Positions 43,201 through 52,854 of a DNA stretch of 64,000 nucleotides are shown piece after piece. Below the pieces are notes generated by a model. It was not told where the DNA came from. It searched no databases and worked only from the letters and a program-made list of their open reading frames with translations. The translations under genes were made by a program, and so were the position numbers. Every line of letters starts with the position of its first letter. Position 1 is the stretch's first letter. The stretch comes from a virus (taxonomy: Duplodnaviria > Caudoviricetes), in the IMG/VR virus record IMGVR_UViG_3300030385_001875, positions 905 through 64,904 of that record. One strand, written 5' to 3'.

Positions 43201-46200
43201 CCTATCTTCACAGGAACTGCTGCCCAGACTTTTGCACATCAAGTAGACTTGGAACTTCCTCAAACAGAGACTCGTCTTTCAGGTATCGTTGAAAGGTTGA
43301 GAAACAATCTAGCTGAGTACCGAACCTTCAAGGGAATATTTAAAGATGGAGACGGTCAAGTTATGGCAGCATTCGCCAGTACTGTTTTGGAAGGGGAAGA
43401 AAGAAAAGGCAAGATCACAGCTATCTATCCGTCAAGGAAAAATGACTCAGCTTTGAAGGTGGTGGGTAACAACATGTCTTTATTTTACCTTGATGGCATC
43501 ACCCAACTCATCAGCCGAGAAGAGTTCTTGAAAAACTTTGTGGACGGGGAAAGCGTTATTAGCCCTGATTGGGATGGGTCTCCTATGATGAACACTCCTT
43601 TTGGGCAAGAAGGGAGAGAAGGGCTTCAAAGAGGTGTTGAAGAATGGGTTAATCAACTGGTCGATGGGTATACTAAAAACGCTGTCGGTGTCCCCCTCCC
43701 TGAAGGGCAAACAAATAAAGATGCAGAAGGTAATCCTATATCTCTATACAAAGAGTCTCGGTGGTACATAACAGGAGCGCATCTACCTCTCTGGAAAAAG
43801 ATAATGCCCAAATCAACATCGAGAGACAAAAAAAATGCTCCCCTCCCTATTATCAGAAGAATCTCCTTACCTTTTAAAGACGGTACTCAAGAACGAATAG
43901 CTGTAGAAATAGCATCAAATAAGCTTTTTACCACGGCAACCGCTGAAGTAAAGGCGAAAGCTGTTATGGGGGCAGTAACACCTAAAACAAAGTATATGGA
44001 CAAAGACGCTCCTCATTTTGAAGGGGTGATTGATGAAGCGACAGGTATTTATCACGAACTTACCAGATGGTTTGACGAAGCATCTGAAAAAAAAGTACTT
44101 GTATTGACTGACGGTTCTGTTCTGGTAGATTATCCTTATCAGTCTTTTGATTCTGAATCTGGACAAGAAGCAACTTTACACAGAATATACCTGTTTTCAG
44201 CTAAAGAAAACCCTCAAGTGCAAAATGAGATAAATTCTTCGGATAATTCTTTCTTTGTCTCTGAACATGCAGGGTTAGGGTTTGAAAGTGAAGGAAGAAC
44301 AGACGATTTCCGTAAAAATGTGGAATGGTTCAAAGATAAAGGGTTCATTATTCATGCTGAAGAAGGGCAGTTAGTTCTCCCTTCAAGTAGGCACGACGCA
44401 GTTAAGGCTTTAGCTAACGTTCTAAATGAGTTCTATATAGATCATGGACACATTGAAGGTACTGTTCATAAGATGTTCCCTGCTTCAACATTAAAAGCTT
44501 CAGCTTATAAACCTATCTATTTTGACACTCTTCCTTCAATGGAAACCCCTCCTGTAGGTCGTGTCTCAGAAATGATGTTTGACAGCATACCGCAAATGTT
44601 AACCTCGGGCTTTGTTGTCAATGATGATCTTACTGGGGAACGCAAAGTGCTTTTCAACGCTGGGGAGACCAAGGTAGGTTATCCGGGGCACGAGAGAAAC
44701 TTAAACGTAGACGACCTGTTTGCTAACGAGGAAGATATTAAGTGGATAGAGGAAAAACAACCCAATATAGCTGAATTACTCTTTTTTGAAGAGATGTGGG
44801 ATGACGTTCCTCCTTCTGGAGGGTTCCGAGACCTGAGCTCAGGAGATCCTGTTTCTGGGGGCTATTTAAATAGTGGAGTTCAACATGTCTCAGTCCATTT
44901 CTTAGGAGGTAAAACAGGAACTCACTTAGCGGAATACGGGTATATGGTAACTGTTTACAGACCATTACAGAAAAACCCTGAAACAGGTGAGGAAATCGCC
45001 CATAGTGTTCAGTCAGTTATTGTTCCTGCATATGTATCTAAAGATGGTACACCCAAATTCCTAGAAGAAAACATGTCGGAAATGGAGAATCTTCTAGGCT
45101 CAAACAGACACTCAGAAAACCAACCCACAACAATCTTAAAAAGATTTAGTGGAAACCTTAACATACACCCGACAAGCAGGACATCTCGCAGAGTGATGCA
45201 ATTCCTGAATATCGCTATGCTGCAAGAGAAGAAAAGAAACATGGAACACAGGGCTGGACCTTTTGATCCGACACGGACTAAAAGGGTTTTTGATCACGGG
45301 GATACAGGGCATGAAAAAACTGTTTACGCAACTGAAAGCGTTCCAGAGAACCTGTTTAACATGGCTGGTAGATTCGCTAAAGTGTTAGGGTTCCATTTCG
45401 GAACAAACAAACACCTTGCTCCCACAAATCTCAAAGACACGCAAAAGGTACTGTGGGAGGACGAAGCTGGGAAACACAAAACCCACCGAGAAATAAGACA
45501 ACGTCCTCAAACAGCTTCAAAGATACTTATCTATACCGACGTTGATTCAGGAGAAGCTGCTTCTTCTTGGGTAGAAGTAGATAGCATTAAAGATGGTCAA
45601 GGAACTAAGTACCGTAACTCTTTAAACATAAGAATGCCGTCAACTTATACCAGAGCATCTACCTACGACCATCATCCTGACCATGCTGAAGCTAAAATCA
45701 CTGTTTCACCTGCAACTGCTGCTAGGTTTAGGTTGAAAGCGTATGGAAGTTACTGGAATATCTTCTCTCCTCTAAGAGGAGAAGATGTTATGGGTAAATT
45801 CACACCTAATCTCGGTAACAGTAGAACTGATGGCTCCATATGTTTCAGGACACAAACCGCTGAAGACTCAACAATAGATGAACCTCAACAAGTAATGACG
45901 TTAGCCCATGAAATGGGACATGCTTTTCACTACACGGTACTTGACTCTTTAAACTGGCAGTTCCAAGAACCTCTCTATCACTTGTTCAGAAAACTACATG
46001 CTAAGATAGGTAAAGAAAAATGGACGGAAGAGATGCTCATTTATGCAGCGTCTAATCCGCAATATGCTAAAGACTTTTTAGAAGCTTTAAAAGCTTATGA
46101 TTTACCTCCAGATTCGCTCACAGACCCCGACAAAGTTAGAGCAGCACTCATTGCTGAAGGGGAACGGGGTGGAGAGTATGCCCAATACCTTTTAAGCCAT

Positions 46201-49200
46201 GTGGAGTTGTTCGCCAACCAAATAGCTAAATGGGCTTTAGATGTCGGTGCTCTGGATAAAGATTTCCAAAAAGCCAGTAACAGTATAGATCCAGATAAAC
46301 GTCCGTTCTTAGCGATACTCAAGGAAGTGTTTAAAGACATTATCAAGTCGCTTAAAAAACTTTACAACGAAGTGCTAATCGCCTTAAAGGTACGTTTTCA
46401 AGGTGACTCCAGAAGCGAAGGGTTGGAATACCTAACAGTAAAACCGATGGTTTCATTTGCTGAATGGATGGACAATTGGGTTACAAGAGTAGAAGGTCAC
46501 CGAGAAACAAAAAGAAAAACAGCAGGTGATGTAAAAAGGTTCTTTACATGGAAAAAAGATGATTACAACACTCTAAGAATCTTGCCAGAAGACCCTATAC
46601 TCCCTGATGAAGTTAAAGATGACCCTAGAGGAAAGATAGAAGATCACCAGATACCTAAAAGTGTCTTTGGAGAAAACGGAGACGCTAACGTTTTCCCGCA
46701 AGGGCTCGAACAAATAGATGTAGCTAGAGCGATGGCTCGTCGAAATATCTCCCCTGCTCCAGACAGTGATCCCGCAAGGGCAGAAGAAATTGAGAGTATG
46801 GCTATGGGGACAGGAGACTTTGTTAATAAAGCTAGAAATGTTATGGGTGAAGCGTGGAAAAAGGGCTGGCTTCCTATTGAACAAAAAACAGGGGCGGGTG
46901 ACTTTTTCTTCACGATGGCTGTCCAACTAAGGAATCGAGGTTACGGATGGATGGTGGACCTCATAGAAGAAGTCAGGGATAACTCCCAAAGAAAATGGGG
47001 GGAAGCGAACATCAAGATGTTAAAAGGTGAAGCCGAATTGCAGGGTGGATTCTGGAAGGGGTGGTACAGGAAATTCGGGGTCTATAATATTAAGGGAGTA
47101 GGGGTCCCAAAGAAGAACCAATACATGAAAGATGTAATGCCCCTGATTCGTAAGTTTATGGAGACAGGATATGAAAGGACATATAATAAAGGAACGAAAC
47201 ACGAACGACAGTTTGATGAAGAAGGTAACCGACTACTGCATCCTGTTGTTGTTGGGATTGACCTTAAAACAGCTTGGGGAACATTGGCAACATCAGAACA
47301 ACGACGACCCGCAAAAACAGAAAAAGAAGCGTACCAATTGTTACTCGCTCATATCTCACACGTAGCGGAAGGTAAGGAAGAAGCGTTACTAGCTCCAGTT
47401 CTTGATATTGTCGCAGCGTGGAAAGAAAATAGAGAAGAGTTAGCTAACAAGATATTAGAGATCAGTGCCACTAACAAAGATATGGGTAAGTTAGGGGAGA
47501 AAGTAGATCCTGACGAAGAGTTAGCTGAACTGCTTATGTCTATAGCATTAGGCCCAGCTAACGGTAATAACCCTCCAGCAAAAGCGCAACTGGCTAACTT
47601 ACTTAACTCTAATTTTGGTGTCAGTATTACACCTGAACTAATCATTAGAGAAGCTACAAAAGATAACCTTATTAAAAGAGGTGTCTTGTTCCTTGTCCAA
47701 GATGTCGCTAATCAATACGCTGTGGCATATGATAACGGGAAAGTAATAATATATGACCACAAAAGAATGAGAGACCCTGTTTGGTTATATGACGGAAACC
47801 TAAAAATTAAGAGCGAATGGTCACCTCACAAAGCGGATTACTTACCTCACATGTTCGATCTGGAAAAATTGGGGATGGACAACCCAGCTTCCGCAAAATG
47901 GAAAGCTAGTGTTAAAGCTTTCATGGATGCGAACCCTGACAAGAATTGGGATGAAGCTATGGCAGCACAAAAGCTGTCGAGTTATATCGTAAATTCAAGG
48001 AGTAACAAATTCGGTAACCTTGAATTCACAAGAGAATACAATATCCCTTGGTATGAAGAAGACTTCTTTAAAATCACTTCAATCTACTTGTCCCGTGCAT
48101 GGAGACGGGCCTACGAGATAGAGGCTTTTGGTCAAAACAACGAAATCTATGAAGAGATGATGCTCGACTTTGCTTCGGGCCAAACAGACACAAGATCTGT
48201 ATCTCCAAGCCTGTTCAAGCTCAATAGACAACATAAAGCGACCCGTAAACTACGAGATGCGATGGGGTTCAACACCCCTTGGGCTCAAAGTTTACGGGGG
48301 TTGATTGATAACGCTATGCCGTTAGCAGCAGAACAAGAGAGAGGGTCTAAACTCTACTCAACTTTCTTTAACCCTGAAACAGGTGAACCGTACCATCTTA
48401 ACAAAGATGAACCTCAGTTTCAGTATATGTCACTTAGGGATTGGGAGACTCTTGAAGAGGCAGGGATTCTTAACGCTAACAGGGATAATGCGGGTAACAT
48501 TCAGTCATATAATGCTGTACCAGAAACTGCACACGTAGTTAATGCGCTCTTCGAGATAACTCCTGAAGGTATTGATAACGACAGTATAGCACGAAAGTGG
48601 ATTGATAGGCAGATAGGAAGCGTCCATTCCTCCAGTGAAGAACGTCGGTTAGATGATCTGTATAAAGAGTTAAAAACGGCTGCTGCATGGGCATTCCTTT
48701 CCCGAGCATGGACTTCTAATATCTCTCAACCAGCGAACGCTGTCAGGTGGACAGGAATGCGGTCTTTCTTGGAAGCTGTCCGAGACATCTTCAAAGAACA
48801 AGACCGAGATTGGGCTGCTGCCACAGGTGCATTAACCAGTGATATCGCTGCTTTTTACAGTGGAGGTGTTTTCAGTGCTGATGTCCTTCTTCGTAGATGG
48901 ACACCATTCCAGTTTATTGAAGCCAAGATTAACCGTCAAATCTCAGCACTTGCTGGTAGAAACTATCTGGTAGTAGCATTAAAGAAATTCCAGAAGAACC
49001 CTGATGCCAAAGAATTACGACGGTTTACGGAACTGGATTTAGTTAGGTTATCAGATGAAGAGCTCGGTGCACTCGGGGCAACAGCAACAGAGAAAGATAT
49101 CGATAGAGCAAAAGCAGAGAAAACAAAAGAACTGCTTTTTGATGCTATAGGTGAGAACGGGGTTACAGAAGAAGAGATCAATATAGCGAAAAGCTTTGCC

Positions 49201-49974
49201 TCAAATGTTCTTCCATACGTTACGAAAGATGCAGACGGAAAAGCTGTCCTAACTGAAGAGAAGGATAGTAACGGTAACCGTATAGTTAAAGGTGACTACA
49301 CGCATCTCCAAAAACTTTCGCAAATAATTTCGAGAGGTGCGTTACGGATTTCAAATAAGACCCAGTTCAAAACAGAACCTATCGATCTTCCTCCATCGTA
49401 CACTGCATCTCCTCTGGGTAAACTGATGGGCCAGTTTACAACGTTCACCATCAAACAAGCACAGTTCACTAAAGATGCGCTTTGGAGAGATTGCAAGAAC
49501 TTCAGGAACGATCCGTTCGGTGTCCTACCTCCGATGTTGTCATTTCTAGTTGCAGCAGGAGGTTTGGGAATGGTGTCCAATATCATTGGTTCACTGTTCA
49601 ACGCTGATATAGACGAAGCTAAGAAATGGATCTATGAATCAAACGAAATTCAAAACCTTCTTGCACACTGGAACCGAGCAGCAGCGTTTGGAGCAATCTC
49701 CTACTTATTAGATGTAGGGAATATCCCGGGAGCAATAGGCGGGTTCTTTAGTATCCGTGCATTCGGCCTTGCTGAAAGGTTGTACAGGTATCCACAGAAA
49801 GCTCCGAGACTAATCCCTGTAGTTGGACCTGCAATACAAACAACTTTAGATAGAGGTTTCAAGGAAGGTTTCTGGGGAGGAGATGAAGATTACGGTACTC
49901 CTGCTATGAATCAGGTTATGGGAAGAAGAGGCCGAGGTGGGGGTAGAGGTAGAGGCAGAGACACACGGAGATAG
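37198..49974 (+). CDS. 4258-aa polyvalent injected protein: Strawberry-notch SF2 helicase + zincin metallopeptidase-like domain
   Basis: LSKVQLEAI, GHGTGSGKGR, FDEAH, VYATATAASE, YASRLGLWGEGT, AEATGR, AGATGQSYHA, QRVHY.LQPGW.AD..QGFGRTNR.DQ, RFSSVIAKRL; LAHEMGHAFH at about 45907. Confidence 0.85.
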   Translation: MATNKTTESLIFGGQTYSYKLPRDLTEEEQVRISSYTKTFPELEPLIQQRLNDKGADELMRFFDRLDTPENIIKSIKKVQSGEVSSERFYGDIAAGTQTGLAADQSLGGTLRAEATQRAPHLVKTFAKNSRDIMVNLKEDPVKFLKEIGWSMITSPIVIAAGGLETTGKLFSGDYATDPDWSWRPLTGTGEKGKGVGLAGALQFVPMLGAATRASRWARNLKGFSATTKAGKVMSGASIALGKAARFTPERAVGYKLSNTLADLPLAWRDALSTAGNLAEIDPLELVADLPFQLMLNAPQRIGLPTFARYIKKRQLRKQATQAATQAEAAAKDPTQVHRADITPENFDEEFSNLIDTITTMAEEKVGPKGVYTPYRDFLMNLGDQLTEMEMTPEGLTEARHLVDAAKEVIDELTTNVRSILENAEQHDQVQEMRRGQGWGEEEVKNGLSVVAATINQEIQRLTEAPFATKGTVTAEEAEGVKADNAKRLETLKDALGQISGFEPTLENLTLAERLMEFTIDPANVGYEGIGESITSVTEHLEELALGLLSNSMGQQAKSGEVLDDIFSDFPFEAYTDMSRFSNRPFRFITALDQMASEELGREATRAEKDAYTRRFAASLIKMAGALRNDGPTMTTLVNSVNIIREIIAGVFSTPERTQGLLETDVAYIPQGPAVVGKPYSGWNPPTEQEATQEVNEEDKDVEVEEEVEEKVEEEVEVEEKVEGDVEEPAPIHVSLDDILADDTVVADDTVEEVEEKEEVKPLTGKIAAEIDKFGGLDDMFSAAPSMADEELRSQTPLTDAQKEEKARQFALKIGVLLFKEKVNDFGEFLDSMVELLVKSPEDIRKLEIMKGPMVSTWGQLQGEAYGKGDTDFANSMTPLAEVAALVDKRMFDLTGEALEEGDEDESSDDAGPERTGAQGTRTGIQGDAEAGGGEATDGETVSGDRGETEGDPVIGDERVGEDIAVDPEPSPEEGPVEQPKQPIIQRIKDFFLTPVSQSDRRVQQELSEQKEHISYQAQDILTPDGEYAFANEDGTDAAHDHKAKLVTSSTLGMTVSPQITYIPEGLDTNVQVVTRDETGAIVKDAEGNPVSETKNIVRDGLLSKVQLEAIAVAGQTWLTRTYQGFRKAIMWGHGTGSGKGRMIAGAIVEAFSRVPSNGKRRALWITESKSLAETDAMRDWEALGQDPEMIFNFDKSKWDKKTANTTKRDEQGVTGNVVNFLPDEGVMTITYHSLGSGGGAISDILKNTNLSTEEMDRQIDEILQKKKGTQYHNLVTVLNWLTFGEKQRITSHKTMKDSHLKWKDFSGVIAFDEAHTMKKVGTGAGAGSNAMIALGLQHQTPESRIVYATATAASEVDNFRYASRLGLWGEGTEFDNADDFITHVGRTGVAGLEILTKDMKALGLYVAAQLSFEGVEVDPLHIELDDQEIERYNTFVKALDDGYKVLEQILADNRMNLSKNDITQMRSQWWGEHQRLVNSYQAGLVTSQMLDDFQNNYGSENYTPVFQMISTGETSFERSIDRLLSNPKYTDKNGNITIPQDENGNYILSEEMVNEIDITGKQDLIAQIDKMTDIRPWSVGPDGDKSISANRKDDLKADGQKYGAEIPAPIEDLVLIKARLMESLETVTLATMPLHSLIEHFGAENIAEATGRNRRLISRPKKGGAEGEREYIIERHGNKGKSSDILDFKNDDKEAIVFSIAGATGQSYHASNEYKNKRQRVHYVLQPGWEADKTMQGFGRTNRTDQASAPIYRILSTNLPSSKRFSSVIAKRLQMLGALSEGTQKAGAAEMFSGAESILLTQEGVQVLRNFIRDTWFRSTGTGWNPRSLANQEIINDYLINLQHEPEKTLVLSNPDGSLSKLQSLEVETGLDLTELAQIETDISLITQVYEAVAEQFDFANEAYNRMGLEWDIANQDEINSDPMTDPVYMPVLGGGTVDMSQWLNRMMTLPFGWQNSIFGLIAGRIQSEWDQALSLGIADTGIESVTAHKIKLNPKMEDVPIFTGTAAQTFAHQVDLELPQTETRLSGIVERLRNNLAEYRTFKGIFKDGDGQVMAAFASTVLEGEERKGKITAIYPSRKNDSALKVVGNNMSLFYLDGITQLISREEFLKNFVDGESVISPDWDGSPMMNTPFGQEGREGLQRGVEEWVNQLVDGYTKNAVGVPLPEGQTNKDAEGNPISLYKESRWYITGAHLPLWKKIMPKSTSRDKKNAPLPIIRRISLPFKDGTQERIAVEIASNKLFTTATAEVKAKAVMGAVTPKTKYMDKDAPHFEGVIDEATGIYHELTRWFDEASEKKVLVLTDGSVLVDYPYQSFDSESGQEATLHRIYLFSAKENPQVQNEINSSDNSFFVSEHAGLGFESEGRTDDFRKNVEWFKDKGFIIHAEEGQLVLPSSRHDAVKALANVLNEFYIDHGHIEGTVHKMFPASTLKASAYKPIYFDTLPSMETPPVGRVSEMMFDSIPQMLTSGFVVNDDLTGERKVLFNAGETKVGYPGHERNLNVDDLFANEEDIKWIEEKQPNIAELLFFEEMWDDVPPSGGFRDLSSGDPVSGGYLNSGVQHVSVHFLGGKTGTHLAEYGYMVTVYRPLQKNPETGEEIAHSVQSVIVPAYVSKDGTPKFLEENMSEMENLLGSNRHSENQPTTILKRFSGNLNIHPTSRTSRRVMQFLNIAMLQEKKRNMEHRAGPFDPTRTKRVFDHGDTGHEKTVYATESVPENLFNMAGRFAKVLGFHFGTNKHLAPTNLKDTQKVLWEDEAGKHKTHREIRQRPQTASKILIYTDVDSGEAASSWVEVDSIKDGQGTKYRNSLNIRMPSTYTRASTYDHHPDHAEAKITVSPATAARFRLKAYGSYWNIFSPLRGEDVMGKFTPNLGNSRTDGSICFRTQTAEDSTIDEPQQVMTLAHEMGHAFHYTVLDSLNWQFQEPLYHLFRKLHAKIGKEKWTEEMLIYAASNPQYAKDFLEALKAYDLPPDSLTDPDKVRAALIAEGERGGEYAQYLLSHVELFANQIAKWALDVGALDKDFQKASNSIDPDKRPFLAILKEVFKDIIKSLKKLYNEVLIALKVRFQGDSRSEGLEYLTVKPMVSFAEWMDNWVTRVEGHRETKRKTAGDVKRFFTWKKDDYNTLRILPEDPILPDEVKDDPRGKIEDHQIPKSVFGENGDANVFPQGLEQIDVARAMARRNISPAPDSDPARAEEIESMAMGTGDFVNKARNVMGEAWKKGWLPIEQKTGAGDFFFTMAVQLRNRGYGWMVDLIEEVRDNSQRKWGEANIKMLKGEAELQGGFWKGWYRKFGVYNIKGVGVPKKNQYMKDVMPLIRKFMETGYERTYNKGTKHERQFDEEGNRLLHPVVVGIDLKTAWGTLATSEQRRPAKTEKEAYQLLLAHISHVAEGKEEALLAPVLDIVAAWKENREELANKILEISATNKDMGKLGEKVDPDEELAELLMSIALGPANGNNPPAKAQLANLLNSNFGVSITPELIIREATKDNLIKRGVLFLVQDVANQYAVAYDNGKVIIYDHKRMRDPVWLYDGNLKIKSEWSPHKADYLPHMFDLEKLGMDNPASAKWKASVKAFMDANPDKNWDEAMAAQKLSSYIVNSRSNKFGNLEFTREYNIPWYEEDFFKITSIYLSRAWRRAYEIEAFGQNNEIYEEMMLDFASGQTDTRSVSPSLFKLNRQHKATRKLRDAMGFNTPWAQSLRGLIDNAMPLAAEQERGSKLYSTFFNPETGEPYHLNKDEPQFQYMSLRDWETLEEAGILNANRDNAGNIQSYNAVPETAHVVNALFEITPEGIDNDSIARKWIDRQIGSVHSSSEERRLDDLYKELKTAAAWAFLSRAWTSNISQPANAVRWTGMRSFLEAVRDIFKEQDRDWAAATGALTSDIAAFYSGGVFSADVLLRRWTPFQFIEAKINRQISALAGRNYLVVALKKFQKNPDAKELRRFTELDLVRLSDEELGALGATATEKDIDRAKAEKTKELLFDAIGENGVTEEEINIAKSFASNVLPYVTKDADGKAVLTEEKDSNGNRIVKGDYTHLQKLSQIISRGALRISNKTQFKTEPIDLPPSYTASPLGKLMGQFTTFTIKQAQFTKDALWRDCKNFRNDPFGVLPPMLSFLVAAGGLGMVSNIIGSLFNADIDEAKKWIYESNEIQNLLAHWNRAAAFGAISYLLDVGNIPGAIGGFFSIRAFGLAERLYRYPQKAPRLIPVVGPAIQTTLDRGFKEGFWGGDEDYGTPAMNQVMGRRGRGGGRGRGRDTRR

Positions 49975-50418
49975 ATGAATACAAGTAAGGAAGACTTTAA
50001 TGATTTTCTAAATGAGGTTAATTTAGAAGAGGAAGATCCTGATAAGAGAAGGGATAAAGAGTTTGATACCTTTCAGGAACTTGATAAAGATAATAGGTTA
50101 ATAGACCCCGAACATAATGGTGTAGCAGCTAGGGCGCATGAATTAAACCTTGAACTGATTGAGATTATCAAGTATCGTAACTCTAAGAAATGGCATCTGT
50201 CTTTCTTTCTAGTACTGATATTGTTTATGATTATCTTCCTGATGATGGCGATGGTTGCTGTTGGGAAAGATGTAACTGAAGAATGGAAGGAAGTACTCCT
50301 AGTATTATTAGGGGCGTTCGTGGCGAGCTTTAGTAAACTTATAGATTTCTGGTTTAACAACCAAGAAGCAGAAAATGCCTTACTTAAAGCAGCGCAAGAT
50401 GTGAATGGTGATGAATGA
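49975..50418 (+). CDS. Two-TM membrane protein (holin-like)
   Basis: Two hydrophobic helices, LLGAFVASFSKLIDFWF. Confidence 0.55.
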   Translation: MNTSKEDFNDFLNEVNLEEEDPDKRRDKEFDTFQELDKDNRLIDPEHNGVAARAHELNLELIEIIKYRNSKKWHLSFFLVLILFMIIFLMMAMVAVGKDVTEEWKEVLLVLLGAFVASFSKLIDFWFNNQEAENALLKAAQDVNGDE

Positions 50419-50683
50419 GAAAACTCATAAAGAAAACTTTAAGAAAATTAAAGATGATATCAAGAAAGAAGTTGAATCTAACCCTCAACACAAGAGTGAC
50501 AAGGTACAGGCGCATGCTGCTGGTGGTCTCGGCATTACTGGGATGTTGGGGTGCGCTGGTGCTGAAGCTCTTGAATTGATAGGTGGACACGTAACAGAAA
50601 TAGTTGGAGGAGGAACAGGGATCGGCATAATACTGTTCTTCCTCTTTAAATTCTTTGCCATAGAAATGGAGGAATTACACTAA
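50405..50683 (+). CDS. Small membrane protein
   Basis: Gly-rich hydrophobic segments. Confidence 0.5.
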   Translation: MVMNEKTHKENFKKIKDDIKKEVESNPQHKSDKVQAHAAGGLGITGMLGCAGAEALELIGGHVTEIVGGGTGIGIILFFLFKFFAIEMEELH

Positions 50684-50874
50684 TGGAAATCATCAATAAC
50701 TCTACTAGGAAATTTGGTGAGAACGCATCTTACATCTTCTTGAAAGACAATCTGGGAGATGAAGACGATAAAGCCTACCTTTTCACCCGTCACGAACTCT
50801 GGCAAGCAGAACAACGGGCCAAGAGGAAAAGCGGGCTGATCCCAAAGAGTTTCTGGAATCGCATCTTTAGATAA
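50683..50874 (+). CDS. Hypothetical protein
   Basis: GGAGG RBS; TAATG coupling. Confidence 0.55.
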   Translation: MEIINNSTRKFGENASYIFLKDNLGDEDDKAYLFTRHELWQAEQRAKRKSGLIPKSFWNRIFR

Positions 50875-50906
50875 GATATAATAAATGAGCGATTCTAAGG
50901 AGGACC

Positions 50907-51842
50907 ATGAATAACCTAGCATTGACAAATCAGGAATTGGTAAAACCGATATCAGTGCTCTTCAAGGACAGGGTTTATCCTATCCATGTCAAGTTTAACC
51001 CCGCTACTGTTTGTAATATTCGTTGCACTTTCTGCAATAATGATGATTATAATTATTTGAGTCCTGATGCTAAAAATCTGGCAAACATCCCAGATACCAT
51101 CAAGATGTTTAAAGGGTTGCGTGATCGTGGCACAAAGGCTGTTAGTATCGAAGGTGGTGGTGAGCCTACAGTTCATCCTGATTTCAACTTACTGGTTTCA
51201 TCATTGGCAGGTTTGGGTCTTGAGGTAGGGTTGTTAACCAATGGCACTCGATTAAAATCAATTGAGCCTGTGATGGGCTTGTTCACTTGGGTAAGGGTAA
51301 GTTTCTCTGATGAATATGAAGATATAACAGCAAATGACCTGACATTGGACCTAGTTCTGGATCAGGTCTCAAGCTGGATAAAAACTGAGCAGCAGGTCGA
51401 TATCAGTTTCAATTTCGTGGATATGGGGATCGATAACGTTATATGGGACGGGGTTGTTGAGTTCATAGCCGAACATCAGGGATACAGCAACTTCTTGGGG
51501 ATGAGGGTCTCACCTGATGATACTCAAGATAAAGGATTGACTAAAGAGTCTGATCTTGAAAGTGTTATCTTTACAGGGGGAGTAACTGAAGACACTCCCA
51601 TACCTAAAGGGGGTCGATGTAAGGTAGGGTTAGCCAGACCCGTGATAACCCCTAATCATACGGTATACGCTTGTTGTCGCCTGATGGAAGGGTTCAACTT
51701 CTCTGCACCTTATAAAGAAGACATCTTAACGATAATTGATAAGCAGATAGAATACACATGTTCTCTTACCGAATGCCCTTTCAACAGCTTAAGAGAGACC
51801 CTAAACAGTATTGACGAGGTGAGGCATCCGAATTTTGTTTGA
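50907..51842 (+). CDS. Radical SAM protein with SPASM/twitch-like C-terminus
   Basis: CNIRCTFC, EGGGEPTVHP, LLTNG, WVRVS; C..VYACC..C...C. Confidence 0.9.
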   Translation: MNNLALTNQELVKPISVLFKDRVYPIHVKFNPATVCNIRCTFCNNDDYNYLSPDAKNLANIPDTIKMFKGLRDRGTKAVSIEGGGEPTVHPDFNLLVSSLAGLGLEVGLLTNGTRLKSIEPVMGLFTWVRVSFSDEYEDITANDLTLDLVLDQVSSWIKTEQQVDISFNFVDMGIDNVIWDGVVEFIAEHQGYSNFLGMRVSPDDTQDKGLTKESDLESVIFTGGVTEDTPIPKGGRCKVGLARPVITPNHTVYACCRLMEGFNFSAPYKEDILTIIDKQIEYTCSLTECPFNSLRETLNSIDEVRHPNFV

Positions 51843-51851
51843 ATTCAAACG

Positions 51852-52832
51852 TTGAAAGGAATAGTTGCAGTTGTTCATGGGGAACCGCCCAACTCATATG
51901 ATAACCCTATGCCTGAACACCTTCTGGATCAAGTAAAGTTAGGCCCACAGGGAGCAACCGATCCTGCCACTAATCTTATGGATAGAGGGTTTACATATCA
52001 ATATCATAACTGGGAGATCTTACCACTTTTAGGGGAGGGTTATGAGTTCAGGAACATGTCTCTCGACAAAGTTCCTAACCATGTCATCGAGTATGCTTTT
52101 ATATATGTAGGCAATTTTCATCTAGAGACATCTTTGTCGTTCTTGTCCTCTGCTTTTGATTCTTGCCGTAATGTTTTTCTTTTTCACGATTTAAACTCTT
52201 TTTGGCTATTGTCTACAGCTCTTGTTTTTCTGGAAGAACATAAAGAAAAAATAACGGGGCTTATTGTTCAGAACCCTGATATAGTTAATGTTGTTGAAAA
52301 GGTAACTGGTATAAAAACTTTGGTAGCCGTAAGTACCACTGACGGATTGGAAGAGGATATCAAACAGGTACAAGAGCCAACTAAAGAGTTATTGGTTGCT
52401 GGAGGGCCAAATGAACGGGGTGGTATCGTTGGCAACACTTTTGCAGAATACCATTTCAAAGGCAATTATGATGTTATCCAAAGATACCCGCATGAACTCC
52501 CAAAAGTGTTAGATGGTTGTGCGAATTTTTATGAACATATGGAACTGGATGCTTGGCGAAAGTTTATTGTTGATTATAAATATATAATTGATGGTACAAA
52601 TGGGGGGTGTTCTTATGGTCGTGTAGGTTGGGATGCTTTTTGTTCGGGCCGTAGTTTTATTAGTGTTAAGAATAGAAGCTACGCATCTTACCTGTTTGAT
52701 GCCATCTCTATTAATTCTGAGGTTGACTTGGCTGACTGGGAAGATATTGGTTGGCAAGAGGCACATAAATTAGCCAAAGAACGGTTAGTCACTAAAGAAG
52801 ATCTACATGCTATGTGGTTACAGGTTCTTTAA
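51852..52832 (+). CDS. Probable glycosyltransferase-like protein
   Basis: C-terminal YKYIID..SYGRVGWDAFCSG resembles GT-B; cluster context. Confidence 0.4.
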   Translation: MKGIVAVVHGEPPNSYDNPMPEHLLDQVKLGPQGATDPATNLMDRGFTYQYHNWEILPLLGEGYEFRNMSLDKVPNHVIEYAFIYVGNFHLETSLSFLSSAFDSCRNVFLFHDLNSFWLLSTALVFLEEHKEKITGLIVQNPDIVNVVEKVTGIKTLVAVSTTDGLEEDIKQVQEPTKELLVAGGPNERGGIVGNTFAEYHFKGNYDVIQRYPHELPKVLDGCANFYEHMELDAWRKFIVDYKYIIDGTNGGCSYGRVGWDAFCSGRSFISVKNRSYASYLFDAISINSEVDLADWEDIGWQEAHKLAKERLVTKEDLHAMWLQVL

Positions 52833-52854
52833 ATAAAATACAGGAGATAGTAAT

